This document shows, in pieces, positions 7,665 to 18,219 of a stretch of 38,725 nt of DNA. The notes beneath the pieces were generated by a model. It had not been told where the DNA came from. It searched no databases and saw nothing but the letters and a program-made list of their open reading frames with translations. Made by a program: the position numbers and the translations under genes. Numbering within the stretch: the first letter of the stretch is position 1; each line of letters opens with the position of its first letter. The DNA comes from a phage: the sequence record PZ502562.2; one strand, 5' to 3'.

Positions 7665-8198
7665 TGATTGTTGTACTTAATGGCCCCGCTGGTTGCGGAA
7701 AGGATACAATAGCTAACCGTATTCTTGAGGTATCCAGTGTATTCAAGAAGGCCGAGATGAAAGCTCCTATGTGGGAAATAGCTAATGCGACTTTGGGTAG
7801 TAACTTCGAGAAGTTCGTAGAGCTATACAACGACAGGGCTACCAAAGAGAAACCTTGCGATATGTTGGGTGGACTTTCACCACGCAACTTCTTTATTCAT
7901 ATCTCTGAGAAGTGGTGTAAGCCTCTATTCGGAGACACTTACTTTGGAGAGCGTATGCTGCAAACAGCCATCTCCAACAAACATCACGAAACCATTCTGT
8001 CAGATGGTGGTTTCTCTGTGGAACTGATGCCAGCACTTGCCGCTGGGGAGACAATTATGTTGGTTCGTTTACATCGTGAGGGTTATACGTTCGATGGAGA
8101 TAGTCGGTCGTACATACACATCGAGCACAAGAACTGCTGGCCTCTGGATGTGAAACTAGAAGATGGTAAAATTGACGAAGCCGTTGAGGGGATTTTAG

Positions 8199-8526
<328 letters not shown>

Positions 8527-8529
<3 letters not shown>

Positions 8530-8549
8530 TACGACTCACTATAGGGAAG
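8527..8549 (+). promoter_or_regulatory. T7 promoter phi2.5
   Basis: taatacgactcactatagggaag. Confidence 0.9.
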
Positions 8550-8593
8550 ACTCCCTCTGAGAAACTAAACGAAACCTAAAGGAGATTAACATT

Positions 8594-9295
8594 ATGGCTA
8601 AGAAGATTTTCACCTCTGCACTGGGTACTGCCGAACCTTACGCGTACATCGCTAAGCCAGACTACGGTAACGAAGAGCGTGGCTTTGGGAACCCTCGTGG
8701 TATCTTTAAAGTTGACCTGACCATTCCCAACAAAGACCCGCGTTGTCAACGTATGGTCGATGAAATCGTGAAGTGTCACGAAGAGGCTTATGCTGCTGCC
8801 GTTGAGGAATATGAGGCCAACCCACCGGTAGTAGCTCGTGGTAAGAAGAAACCTATTGAACCTTATGAGGGAGACATGCCGTTCATTGATAACGGTGACG
8901 GTACGACTACCTTCAAGTTCAAGTGCTACGCTTCCTTCCAAGACAAGAAGACCAAAGAGACAAAGCACATCAATCTGGTTGTGGTTGACTCCAAAGGTAA
9001 GAAGATGGAAGACGTGCCGATCATTGGTGGCGGCTCCAAGCTGAAAGTCAAGTATTCGCTGGTCCCGTACAAGTGGAACAACGCTGTAGGTGCGAGCGTT
9101 AAGCTGCAATTGGAATCCGTTATGTTGGTCGAACTGGCTACCTTTGGTGGCGGTGAAGACGATTGGGCTGACGAAGTTGAAGAGAACGGCTATGTTGCCT
9201 CTGGTTCTGCCAAAGCGAGCAAACCACGCGACGAAGAAAGCTGGGACGAAGATGACGAAGAGTCCTACGAAGAAGACGAAGACGGAGACTTCTAA
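8594..9295 (+). CDS. 2.5: Gene 2.5, single-stranded DNA-binding protein with acidic C-terminal tail
   Basis: 233 aa, T7 gp2.5-like (MAKKIFTSALGTAEPYAYIAKPDYGNEERGFGNPRG...), with the acidic tail ...EEDEDGDF. Confidence 0.97.
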   Translation: MAKKIFTSALGTAEPYAYIAKPDYGNEERGFGNPRGIFKVDLTIPNKDPRCQRMVDEIVKCHEEAYAAAVEEYEANPPVVARGKKKPIEPYEGDMPFIDNGDGTTTFKFKCYASFQDKKTKETKHINLVVVDSKGKKMEDVPIIGGGSKLKVKYSLVPYKWNNAVGASVKLQLESVMLVELATFGGGEDDWADEVEENGYVASGSAKASKPRDEESWDEDDEESYEEDEDGDF

Positions 9296-9751
9296 GTGGC
9301 TGGCGCATACGCTGCGCGTGGTATCCGAAAGGTCGGGACATTCCGTTCCGGCCTAGAAGATAAGGTCTCTAAGCAGCTAGAGGGTAAGGGCATTAAGTTC
9401 GACTATGAACTGTGGAAAATCCCTTACGTTGTCCCTGCGAGCAACCATGTGTATACTCCAGACTTCCTGCTGCCTAACGGAATCTTTATTGAAACCAAAG
9501 GTTTATGGGAGAGTGACGACCGAAAGAAACACTTATTGATTCGCGAACAGTTTCCCGAACTGGACATCCGTCTGGTATTTTCAAGCTCACGTACCAAGCT
9601 GTATAAAGGGTCTCCGACCAGTTACGGCGAATGGTGTGAGAAGCACGGTATTCTGTTTGCTGACAAATTAATTCCTGTAGAATGGCTCAAAGAACCTAAA
9701 AAGGAGGTGCCATTTGACAAGTTAAAGCAATCTAAGGGAGGAAAGAAATAA
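9296..9751 (+). CDS. 3: Gene 3, endonuclease I (Holliday junction resolvase); GTG start
   Basis: (M)AGAYAARGIRKVGTFRSGLEDKVSKQLE...PDFLLPNGIF.ETKG is T7 gp3-like. The GTG directly follows the 2.5 stop, with a ggaga Shine-Dalgarno sequence 7 nt upstream. Confidence 0.93.
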   Translation: MAGAYAARGIRKVGTFRSGLEDKVSKQLEGKGIKFDYELWKIPYVVPASNHVYTPDFLLPNGIFIETKGLWESDDRKKHLLIREQFPELDIRLVFSSSRTKLYKGSPTSYGEWCEKHGILFADKLIPVEWLKEPKKEVPFDKLKQSKGGKK

Positions 9752-10206
9752 TGGCTCGTGTACAGTTTAAACCGCGTGAATCTACTGACGCAATCTTTGT
9801 CCACTGCTCGGCTACCAAACCAAGCCAGAATGTAGGTGTCCGTGAGATTCGTCAGTGGCATAAAGAGCAAGGTTGGCTTGATGTGGGGTATCACTTTATC
9901 ATCAAGCGCGATGGGACCGTGGAGGAAGGCCGAGATGAGATGGCTGTAGGCTCTCACGTTAAGGGCCACAATCACAACTCTATTGGTGTCTGCCTTGTAG
10001 GCGGTATCGACGATAAAGGTAAGTTCGAAGCTAACTTTACGCCAGCCCAAATGCAATCCCTTCGCTCACTTCTTGTCACACTGCTGGCTAAGTACGAAGG
10101 CGCTGTACTTCGAGCGCATCACGATGTGGCACCTAAGGCTTGCCCTTCGTTCGACCTTAAGCGTTGGTGGGAGAAGAACGAACTGGTCACTTCTGACCGT
10201 GGATAA
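9751..10206 (+). CDS. 3.5: Gene 3.5, N-acetylmuramoyl-L-alanine amidase (T7 lysozyme, RNAP inhibitor)
   Basis: 151 aa. MARVQFK.RESTDAIFVHCSATKPSQNVGVREIRQWHKEQGWLDVGYHFIIKRDGTVEEGRDE is T7 gp3.5-like. Confidence 0.97.
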   Translation: MARVQFKPRESTDAIFVHCSATKPSQNVGVREIRQWHKEQGWLDVGYHFIIKRDGTVEEGRDEMAVGSHVKGHNHNSIGVCLVGGIDDKGKFEANFTPAQMQSLRSLLVTLLAKYEGAVLRAHHDVAPKACPSFDLKRWWEKNELVTSDRG

Positions 10207-10207
10207 T

Positions 10208-10230
10208 TAATTGAACTCACTAAAGGGAGA
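10208..10230 (+). promoter_or_regulatory. T7 promoter phi3.8
   Basis: taattgaactcactaaagggaga is the same variant as T7 phi3.8. Here it is followed directly by gene 4, with no gene 3.8. Confidence 0.85.
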
Positions 10231-10262
10231 CCACAACGGTTTCCCTTTGTTCGCATTGTTGA

Positions 10263-11981
<1,719 letters not shown>

Positions 11982-12045
11982 TGTGAACCCATATGGACAC
12001 AGACCGGACGATTCGTGTCTGTGCTCCTATTGTGTATTCAGAAAT

Positions 12046-12068
12046 CAATATAACTCACTAAAAGGAGA
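12046..12068 (+). promoter_or_regulatory. phi4.3-position promoter, degenerate
   Basis: caatataactcactaaaaggaga has 5 mismatches to the consensus, including -12/-11 (ta instead of cg) and an extra A before GGAGA. Confidence 0.45.
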
Positions 12069-12074
12069 CACATC

Positions 12075-12287
12075 ATGTTCAAACTGATTAAGAAATTAGG
12101 CCAACTGCTGGTCCGTATGTACAACATGGAAGCCAAGCGTCTGAACGATGAGGCTCGTAAAGAGTCCACTCAGTCACGCGCTCTGGCTATTCGAGCCAAC
12201 GAACTGGCTGACAGTGCATCCAATAAGGTTACAGAAGCTGCCCGTGTAGCCAACCAAGCCCAGCAACTTTCCAAATTCTTTGAGTAA
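12075..12287 (+). CDS. 4.3: Gene 4.3 (70 aa)
   Basis: MFKLIKKLGQLLVRMYN.EAKRLNDEARKE.TQSRALAIR is T7 gp4.3-like. Confidence 0.9.
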   Translation: MFKLIKKLGQLLVRMYNMEAKRLNDEARKESTQSRALAIRANELADSASNKVTEAARVANQAQQLSKFFE

Positions 12288-12306
12288 TCAAATAGGAGAA
12301 ACCATT

Positions 12307-12576
12307 ATGTCAAACGTAGCTGAAACTATCCGTCTATCCGATACCGCTGACCAGTGGAACCGTCGAGTCCACATCAACGTTCGAAACGGTAAGGCGACTA
12401 TGGTTTACCGCTGGAAGGACTCTAAGTCCTCTAAGAATCACACTCAGCGTATGACGTTGACAGACGAGCAAGCACTGCGTCTGGTCAATGCGCTTACCAA
12501 AGCTGCCGTGACAGCAATACATGAAGCTGGTCGCGTCAATGAAGCTATGGCTATCCTCGACAAGATTGATAGCTAA
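12307..12576 (+). CDS. 4.5: Gene 4.5 (89 aa; the T7 homolog inhibits Lon protease)
   Basis: MSNVAETIRLSDTADQWNRRVHINVRNGKATMVYRWKD... is nearly identical to T7 gp4.5. An aggaga Shine-Dalgarno sequence precedes the ATG at 12307; the tracked start at 12280 is an extension. Confidence 0.92.
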   Translation: MSNVAETIRLSDTADQWNRRVHINVRNGKATMVYRWKDSKSSKNHTQRMTLTDEQALRLVNALTKAAVTAIHEAGRVNEAMAILDKIDS

Positions 12577-12583
12577 GAGTGGT

Positions 12584-12620
12584 ATACTCAAGGTCGCCCA
12601 AGTGGTGGCCTTCATGAATA
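12584..12620 (+). promoter_or_regulatory. RNase III site R4.7
   Basis: atactcaaggtcgcccaagtggtggccttcatgaata. Confidence 0.7.
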
Positions 12621-12643
12621 CTATTCGACTCACTATAGGAGAT
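12621..12643 (+). promoter_or_regulatory. T7 promoter phi4.7
   Basis: ctattcgactcactataggagat. Confidence 0.8.
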
Positions 12644-12649
12644 ATTATC

Positions 12650-13057
12650 ATGCGTGACCCTAAAGTTATCCAAGCAGAAATCGCTAAACTGGAAGCTGAA
12701 CTCGAAGACGTTAAGTACCATGAGGCCAAGACTCGCTCAGCCGTTCACATTTTGAAGAACTTAGGGTGGACTTGGACACGTCAGACTGGATGGAAGAAAC
12801 CAGAAGTTTCCAAGCTGAGCCATAAGGTGTTCGATAAGGACACCATGACCCACATCAAGGCTAGTGATTGGGTTAAGGTTGACATGGGAGTTGTTGGTGG
12901 GTATGGCTACGTCCGCTCAGTGAGTGGTAAATATGCACAAGTGTCATACATCACAGGCGTTACTCCACGAGGAGCAATCGTTGCCGATAAGACCCACACG
13001 ATTCACACAGGCTTCTTGACAGTTGTCTCGTATGAAGAGATTGCTAAGTCACGATAA
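12650..13057 (+). CDS. 4.7: Gene 4.7 (135 aa)
   Basis: MRDPKVIQAEIAKLEAELEDVKYHEAKTRSAVHILKNLGWTW... is nearly identical to T7 gp4.7. Confidence 0.92.
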   Translation: MRDPKVIQAEIAKLEAELEDVKYHEAKTRSAVHILKNLGWTWTRQTGWKKPEVSKLSHKVFDKDTMTHIKASDWVKVDMGVVGGYGYVRSVSGKYAQVSYITGVTPRGAIVADKTHTIHTGFLTVVSYEEIAKSR

Positions 13058-13075
13058 TCAATAGGAGAAATCAAT

Positions 13076-15190
13076 ATGATCGTTTCTGACATCGAAGCTA
13101 ACGCCCTCTTAGAGAGCGTCACTAAGTTCCACTGCGGGGTTATCTACGACTACTCCACCGCTGAGTACGTAAGCTACCGTCCGAGTGACTTCGGTGCGTA
13201 TCTGGATGCGCTGGAAGCCGAGGTTGCACGAGGCGGTCTTATTGTGTTCCACAACGGTCACAAGTATGACGTTCCTGCATTGACCAAACTGGCAAAGCTA
13301 CAGTTGAACCGAGAGTTCCACCTACCTCGTGAGAACTGTATTGACACACTTGTATTGTCACGCTTGATTCACTCTAACCTTAAGGACACCGATATGGGTC
13401 TTCTGCGTTCCGGTAAGTTGCCTGGGAAACGCTTTGGGTCTCACGCTCTGGAGGCGTGGGGTTATCGCTTAGGCGAGATGAAGGGTGAATACAAGGAAGA
13501 CTTTAAGCGTATGCTTGAAGAGCAAGGTGAAGAATACGTTGACGGAATGGAATGGTGGAACTTCAACGAAGAGATGATGGCCTATAACGTTCAGGACGTT
13601 GTGGTCACTAAGGCTCTCCTTGAGAAGCTACTCTCTGACAAACATTACTTCCCTCCTGAGATTGACTTTACGGACGTAGGGTACACTACGTTCTGGTCAG
13701 AATCCCTTGAGGCCGTTGACGTTGAACATCGTGCTGCATGGCTACTCGCTAAGCAGGAACGAAATGGGTTCCCATTTGACACCAAGGCAATCGAAGAGTT
13801 GTACGTAGAGTTAGCTGCTCGTCGCTCAGAGTTGTTGCGTAAGCTGACCGAAACGTTCGGCTCGTGGTATCAACCTAAAGGTGGCACCGAAATGTTCTGC
13901 CATCCGAGGACTGGTAAGCCACTGCCTAAATACCCTCGCATTAAGACACCTAAAGTTGGTGGTATCTTTAAGAAGCCTAAGAACAAGGCACAGCGAGAAG
14001 GCCGAGAGCCTTGTGAACTGGATACCCGTGAGTACGTTGCTGGTGCCCCATATACTCCGGTAGAGCACGTAGTGTTTAACCCTTCGTCCCGTGACCACAT
14101 TCAGAAGAAACTTCAAGAGGCTGGATGGGTCCCCACGAAGTACACCGATAAGGGTGCTCCTGTGGTGGACGATGAGGTACTCGAAGGAGTACGTGTAGAT
14201 GACCCTGAGAAGCAAGCCGCTATCGACCTCATTAAAGAATACTTGATGATTCAGAAGCGAATCGGACAGTCTGCTGAGGGAGACAAGGCGTGGCTTCGTT
14301 ACGTTGCTGAGGATGGTAAAATTCATGGTTCTGTTAATCCCAACGGCGCTGTTACTGGGCGCGCTACTCACGCTTTCCCTAACCTCGCACAGGTACCCGG
14401 TGTCCGTTCTCCTTATGGTGATAAGTGCCGCTCTGCTTTTGGCGCTGAACATCACCTAGACGGTGTTACTGGTAAGCCTTGGGTTCAGGCAGGTATCGAC
14501 GCCTCCGGTCTGGAGCTACGCTGCTTGGCTCACTTTATGGCTCGCTTTGATAACGGTGAGTATGTTCGCGAGATTCTTCATGGCGACATCCACACTAAGA
14601 ACCAGATTGCTGCCGAATTACCTACCCGTGACAATGCTAAGACGTTCATCTATGGATTCCTCTATGGTGCTGGTGATGAGAAGATTGGGCAGATTGTTGG
14701 TGCTGGTAAAGAGCGCGGTAAGGAACTCAAGAAGAAATTCCTTGAGAATACACCTGCGATTGCAGCACTCCGCGAGTCTATCCAACAGAAACTTGTCGAG
14801 TCCTCTCAGTGGGTAGCTGGTGAACAGCAAGTCAAGTGGAAACGTCGCTGGATTAAAGGTCTGGATGGTCGTAAGGTACACGTCCGTAGTCCTCACGCTG
14901 CCCTGAATACCCTACTGCAATCCGCTGGTGCTCTCATCTGCAAACTGTGGATTATCAAGACCGAAGAGATGCTCGTAGAGAAAGGCTTGAAGCATGGTTG
15001 GGATGGGGACTTTGCGTACATGGCATGGGTACATGACGAAATCCAAGTAGGTTGCCGTACCGAAGAGATTGCTCAGGTGGTCATTGAGACTGCACAGGAA
15101 GCGATGCGCTGGGTAGGAGACCACTGGAACTTCCGGTGTCTTCTAGATACCGAAGGTAAGATTGGTCCTAATTGGGCCGTATGTCACTGA
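13076..15190 (+). CDS. 5: Gene 5, family A DNA polymerase (704 aa)
   Basis: [36 protein letters not shown]... is collinear with T7 gp5, including the 3'-5' exonuclease DIE motif and the thioredoxin-binding loop region. Confidence 0.99.
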   Translation: MIVSDIEANALLESVTKFHCGVIYDYSTAEYVSYRPSDFGAYLDALEAEVARGGLIVFHNGHKYDVPALTKLAKLQLNREFHLPRENCIDTLVLSRLIHSNLKDTDMGLLRSGKLPGKRFGSHALEAWGYRLGEMKGEYKEDFKRMLEEQGEEYVDGMEWWNFNEEMMAYNVQDVVVTKALLEKLLSDKHYFPPEIDFTDVGYTTFWSESLEAVDVEHRAAWLLAKQERNGFPFDTKAIEELYVELAARRSELLRKLTETFGSWYQPKGGTEMFCHPRTGKPLPKYPRIKTPKVGGIFKKPKNKAQREGREPCELDTREYVAGAPYTPVEHVVFNPSSRDHIQKKLQEAGWVPTKYTDKGAPVVDDEVLEGVRVDDPEKQAAIDLIKEYLMIQKRIGQSAEGDKAWLRYVAEDGKIHGSVNPNGAVTGRATHAFPNLAQVPGVRSPYGDKCRSAFGAEHHLDGVTGKPWVQAGIDASGLELRCLAHFMARFDNGEYVREILHGDIHTKNQIAAELPTRDNAKTFIYGFLYGAGDEKIGQIVGAGKERGKELKKKFLENTPAIAALRESIQQKLVESSQWVAGEQQVKWKRRWIKGLDGRKVHVRSPHAALNTLLQSAGALICKLWIIKTEEMLVEKGLKHGWDGDFAYMAWVHDEIQVGCRTEEIAQVVIETAQEAMRWVGDHWNFRCLLDTEGKIGPNWAVCH

Positions 15191-15209
15191 TTCTATAGGA
15201 GAAATTATT

Positions 15210-15509
15210 ATGGCTATGACCAAGAAATTTAAAGTGTCCTTCGACGTTACCGCTAAGATGACATCTGACGTTCAGGCAATCTTAGAGAAAGATATACTGC
15301 ACCTGTGTAAGCAGGTTGGCTCCGGTGCTATTGTTCCTAACGGCAAGCAGAAAGAGATGATTGTTCAGTTCCTGACCCATGGTATGGAAGGAGTGATGGC
15401 CTTAATTGTGCGCACAGCTTTCCGCGAGGCTATCAAAGATATGCACGAAGAGTATGCCGATAAGGACTCATTCAAGCTATCTCCAGCCACTGTACGGGAG
15501 GTGTTCTAA
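15210..15509 (+). CDS. 5.5: Gene 5.5 (99 aa; the T7 homolog binds H-NS)
   Basis: MAMTKKFKVSFDVTAKM.SDVQAILEKD.LHLCKQVGSGAIVPNGKQKEM is T7 gp5.5-like, with an aggaga Shine-Dalgarno sequence upstream. Confidence 0.93.
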   Translation: MAMTKKFKVSFDVTAKMTSDVQAILEKDILHLCKQVGSGAIVPNGKQKEMIVQFLTHGMEGVMALIVRTAFREAIKDMHEEYADKDSFKLSPATVREVF

Positions 15510-15718
15510 TGTCCGACTATCTGAAAGTGCTGCAAGCAATCAAAAGTTGCCCTAAGACTTTCCAGTCCAACTATGTACGGAACAATGCGAGCCTAGTAGC
15601 TGAGGCCGCTTCCCGTGGTCACATCTCATGTCTGACTACAAGCGGACGAAACGGTGGTGCTTGGGAAATCACTGCTTCTGGTACTCGCTTTCTGAAACGA
15701 ATGGGAGGGTGTGTCTGA
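15509..15718 (+). CDS. 5.7: Gene 5.7 (69 aa; the T7 homolog inhibits sigmaS-RNAP)
   Basis: MSDYLKVLQAIKSCPKTFQSNYVRNNASLVAEAASRGHISCLTTSGRNGGAWEITASGTRFLKRMGGCV matches T7 gp5.7. Confidence 0.95.
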   Translation: MSDYLKVLQAIKSCPKTFQSNYVRNNASLVAEAASRGHISCLTTSGRNGGAWEITASGTRFLKRMGGCV

Positions 15719-15876
15719 TGGTACGTGACACTGTAACAATTCCTCGTGATGCGTGGAACGATATGCAGGGTTATATTGATTCTCTGGAACGTGAGAACGA
15801 TAGCCTTAAGAACCAACTTATGGAAGCTGACGAATACGTGGCTGAGCTAGAGGAGAAACTTAATGGCGCTTCTTGA
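15718..15876 (+). CDS. 5.9: Gene 5.9, RecBCD inhibitor homolog (52 aa)
   Basis: MVRDTVTIPRDAWNDMQGYIDSLERENDSLKNQLMEADEYVAELEEKLNGAS is T7 gp5.9-like. The ATG overlaps the 5.7 stop (TGATG). Confidence 0.9.
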   Translation: MVRDTVTIPRDAWNDMQGYIDSLERENDSLKNQLMEADEYVAELEEKLNGAS

Positions 15877-16765
15877 CCTTAAACAATTCTATGAGTTACG
15901 CGAAGGCTGTGACGACAAAGGTATCCTTGTGATGGATGGTGACTGGCTGGTCTTCCAAGCTATGAGTGCTGCTGAGTTTGACGCCTCATGGGAAGAAGAG
16001 ATTTGGCACCGCTGCTGTGACCATGCCAATGCCCGTCAGATTCTGGAGGATTCCATCAAGTCCTATGAGACCCGTAAGAAGGCTTGGGTAGGTGCTCCGA
16101 TTGTCCTTGCGTTCACAGATAGCGTTAACTGGCGTAAAGAACTGGTTGACCCGAACTACAAGGCTAACCGTAAGGCAACTAAGAAACCTGTAGGTTACTT
16201 TGAGTTCCTTGATGCTCTCTTTGAGCGCGAAGAGTTCTATTGCATCCGTGAGCCTATGCTTGAGGGTGATGACGTTATGGGAGTTATTGCTTCCAACCCG
16301 TCTGCATTCGGTGCGCGTAAGGCTGTAATCATCTCGTGCGATAAGGACTTTAAGACCATCCCTAACTGCGACTTCCTGTGGTGTACAACTGGTAACATCC
16401 TGACTCAGACCGAAGAGTCCGCTGATTGGTGGCACCTCTTCCAGACCATCAAAGGTGACATTACCGATGGTTACTCAGGGATTGCCGGATGGGGCGATAC
16501 AGCCGAGGACTTCTTGAATAACCCGTTCATAACCGAGCCTAAAACGTCTGTGCTTAAGTCTGGAAAGAACAAAGGACAAGAGGTCACCAAGTGGGTTAAG
16601 CGCGCCCCTGAGCCTCATGAGACGCTTTGGGACTGCATTAAGTCCATCGGTGCGAAGGCAGGTATGACCGAAGAGGATGTTATCAAGCAGGCACAGATGG
16701 CTCGCATCCTGCGGTTCAATGAGTACAACTTTATTGACAAGGAGATTTACCTGTGGAGACCGTAG
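15863..16765 (+). CDS. 6: Gene 6, 5'-3' exonuclease (300 aa)
   Basis: MALLDLKQFYELREGCDDKGILVMDGDWLVFQAMSAAEFD... is T7 gp6-like. Confidence 0.97.
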   Translation: MALLDLKQFYELREGCDDKGILVMDGDWLVFQAMSAAEFDASWEEEIWHRCCDHANARQILEDSIKSYETRKKAWVGAPIVLAFTDSVNWRKELVDPNYKANRKATKKPVGYFEFLDALFEREEFYCIREPMLEGDDVMGVIASNPSAFGARKAVIISCDKDFKTIPNCDFLWCTTGNILTQTEESADWWHLFQTIKGDITDGYSGIAGWGDTAEDFLNNPFITEPKTSVLKSGKNKGQEVTKWVKRAPEPHETLWDCIKSIGAKAGMTEEDVIKQAQMARILRFNEYNFIDKEIYLWRP

Positions 16766-16866
16766 CATATATCGGCATTGGTATTTGTGCCCTCGGAATG
16801 GGCCTCATTGCGTGGGGCCTCTGGGATTTAGCCAGAATAATCAAGGCGTTACAAGACTCTAAGTGA
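16753..16866 (+). CDS. 6.3: Gene 6.3, small membrane protein (37 aa), GTG start
   Basis: (M)ETVAYIGIGICALGMGLIAWGLWDLARIIKALQDSK has the same length and position as T7 gp6.3 and overlaps the end of gene 6. Confidence 0.6.
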   Translation: METVAYIGIGICALGMGLIAWGLWDLARIIKALQDSK

Positions 16867-16867
16867 T

Positions 16868-16935
16868 AAACTCAAGGTCCCTAAATTAATACGACTCACT
16901 ATAGGGAGATAGGGGCCTTTATGATTATTACTTTA
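16868..16935 (+). promoter_or_regulatory. RNase III site R6.5 (encloses phi6.5)
   Basis: aaactcaaggtccctaaat...gataggggcctttatgattattac. The two arms flank the promoter, as in T7. Confidence 0.7.
16887..16909 (+). promoter_or_regulatory. T7 class III promoter phi6.5
   Basis: taatacgactcactatagggaga is an exact consensus match. Confidence 0.95.
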
Positions 16936-16963
16936 AGATTTAACTATAAGAGGAATCGTTATT

Positions 16964-17218
16964 ATGTTAACACCTATTAGCCAATTACTTAAGAACCCTA
17001 ACGATATTCCAGACGTGCCTCGTGCAACCGCTGAGTATCTACAGGTTCGATTCAACCACGCGTATCTCGAAGCGTCTGGTCATATAGGATTTATGCGTGC
17101 TAGTGGTTGTAGTGAAGCCCACATCTTGGGTTTCATTCAGGGCCTACAGTATGCCTCTAACATCATTGACGAGATTGAGATGCGCAAGGAACAACTAAGA
17201 GAAGATGGGGAGGATTGA
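16964..17218 (+). CDS. 6.5: Gene 6.5 (84 aa)
   Basis: Positional and sequence match to T7 gp6.5 ([30 protein letters not shown]). Confidence 0.9.
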   Translation: MLTPISQLLKNPNDIPDVPRATAEYLQVRFNHAYLEASGHIGFMRASGCSEAHILGFIQGLQYASNIIDEIEMRKEQLREDGED

Positions 17219-17222
17219 CCTT

Positions 17223-17489
17223 ATGTGTTTCTCACCGAAAGTTAAAGTTCCGAAGATGGATACTAATCAGGTTCGAGCCGTTGAGCCAGCACCTCTGACC
17301 CAAGAAGTCTCAGGTGTGGAGTTCGGTGGGTCTTCTGATGAGACGGATACCGAGGGCACCGAAGTGTCTGGACGCAAAGACCTCAAGGTCGAACGCGATG
17401 ACTCCGTAGCGAAGTCTAAAGCCGCTGGTTCTGGCTCCGCTCGTATGAAATCTTCAATCCGTAAGTCTGCATTCGGAGGTAAGAAGTAA
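17223..17489 (+). CDS. 6.7: Gene 6.7, virion protein (88 aa)
   Basis: MCFSPK.K.PKMDTNQ.RAVEPAPLTQEVS.VEFGGSSDETDTEGTEVSGRK is T7 gp6.7-like. A ggggagga Shine-Dalgarno sequence lies 8 nt upstream; the tracked start at 17205 is an extension. Confidence 0.9.
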   Translation: MCFSPKVKVPKMDTNQVRAVEPAPLTQEVSGVEFGGSSDETDTEGTEVSGRKDLKVERDDSVAKSKAAGSGSARMKSSIRKSAFGGKK

Positions 17490-17890
17490 TGTCTGAGTTC
17501 ATATGTGTGGAAGCCAAAAGTCGATTCCGTGCAATCCAGTGGACTGTAGAGCACCTTGGGTTGCCTAAGGGATTCGAAGGACACTTTATTGGCTACAGCC
17601 TCTACGTTGACGAAGTTATGGACATGTCTGGTTGCCGTGAAGAGTACATTCTGGACTCTACTGGAAAACATGTAGCGTACTTAGCGTGGTGCGTAAGCTG
17701 TGACATTCACCATAAAGGTGACATTCTGGATATAACGTCCGTTGTCATTAATCCTGAGGCAGACTCTAAGGGCTTACAGCGATTCCTTGCGAAACGCTTT
17801 AAGTGCCTTGCAGAACTCAACGATTGCTACTGGGTGTCTCGTTGTAAGCATGAAGGCGATACAATGCGTGTATACTTTAAGGAGATATAA
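17489..17890 (+). CDS. 7: Gene 7 (133 aa)
   Basis: MSEF.CVEAKSRFRAI.WTVEHLGLPKGFEGHF.GYSLYVDEVMDMSGCREEYILDSTGKHVAY is T7 gp7-like. Confidence 0.93.
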   Translation: MSEFICVEAKSRFRAIQWTVEHLGLPKGFEGHFIGYSLYVDEVMDMSGCREEYILDSTGKHVAYLAWCVSCDIHHKGDILDITSVVINPEADSKGLQRFLAKRFKCLAELNDCYWVSRCKHEGDTMRVYFKEI

Positions 17891-17893
17891 GTT

Positions 17894-18205
17894 ATGGGTA
17901 AGAAAATTAAGAAGGCCGTGAAGAAAGTCACTAAGTCCGTTAAGAAAGTCGTTAAAGAAGTGGCTCGTCCGGTTAAACAGGTTGCTGGTGGCATTGCCGG
18001 TCTTGCTGGTGGTGCTGGTGAAGCACAGGTAGTGGAAGTGCCACAAGCTGCTGCAACTCCAGCTGCACAGATTGTTGACGTACCTGAGAAAGAGGTTTCC
18101 ACTGAGGATGAAGCACAGACCGAAAGCGGACGTAAGAAAGCCCGTGCTGGTGGTAAGAAGTCCTTGAGCGTGGCTCGCAGCTCCGGTGGCGGCATCAACA
18201 TTTAA
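17894..18205 (+). CDS. 7.3: Gene 7.3, tail-associated virion protein (103 aa)
   Basis: MGKKIKKAVKKVTKSVKKVVKE.ARPVKQVAGG...SLSVARSSGGGINI is T7 gp7.3-like. Confidence 0.93.
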   Translation: MGKKIKKAVKKVTKSVKKVVKEVARPVKQVAGGIAGLAGGAGEAQVVEVPQAAATPAAQIVDVPEKEVSTEDEAQTESGRKKARAGGKKSLSVARSSGGGINI

Positions 18206-18219
18206 GCAGGAGGTGACAC

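Noticed and set aside
11995-12032. Imperfect hairpin after gene 4 (ggacacagac...gtctgtgctcc, ~10 bp with a bulge and a 12-nt loop).
   Set aside because: The stem is short and bulged, no U-run follows, and it is not a recognisable RNase III or terminator motif. It may be fortuitous.
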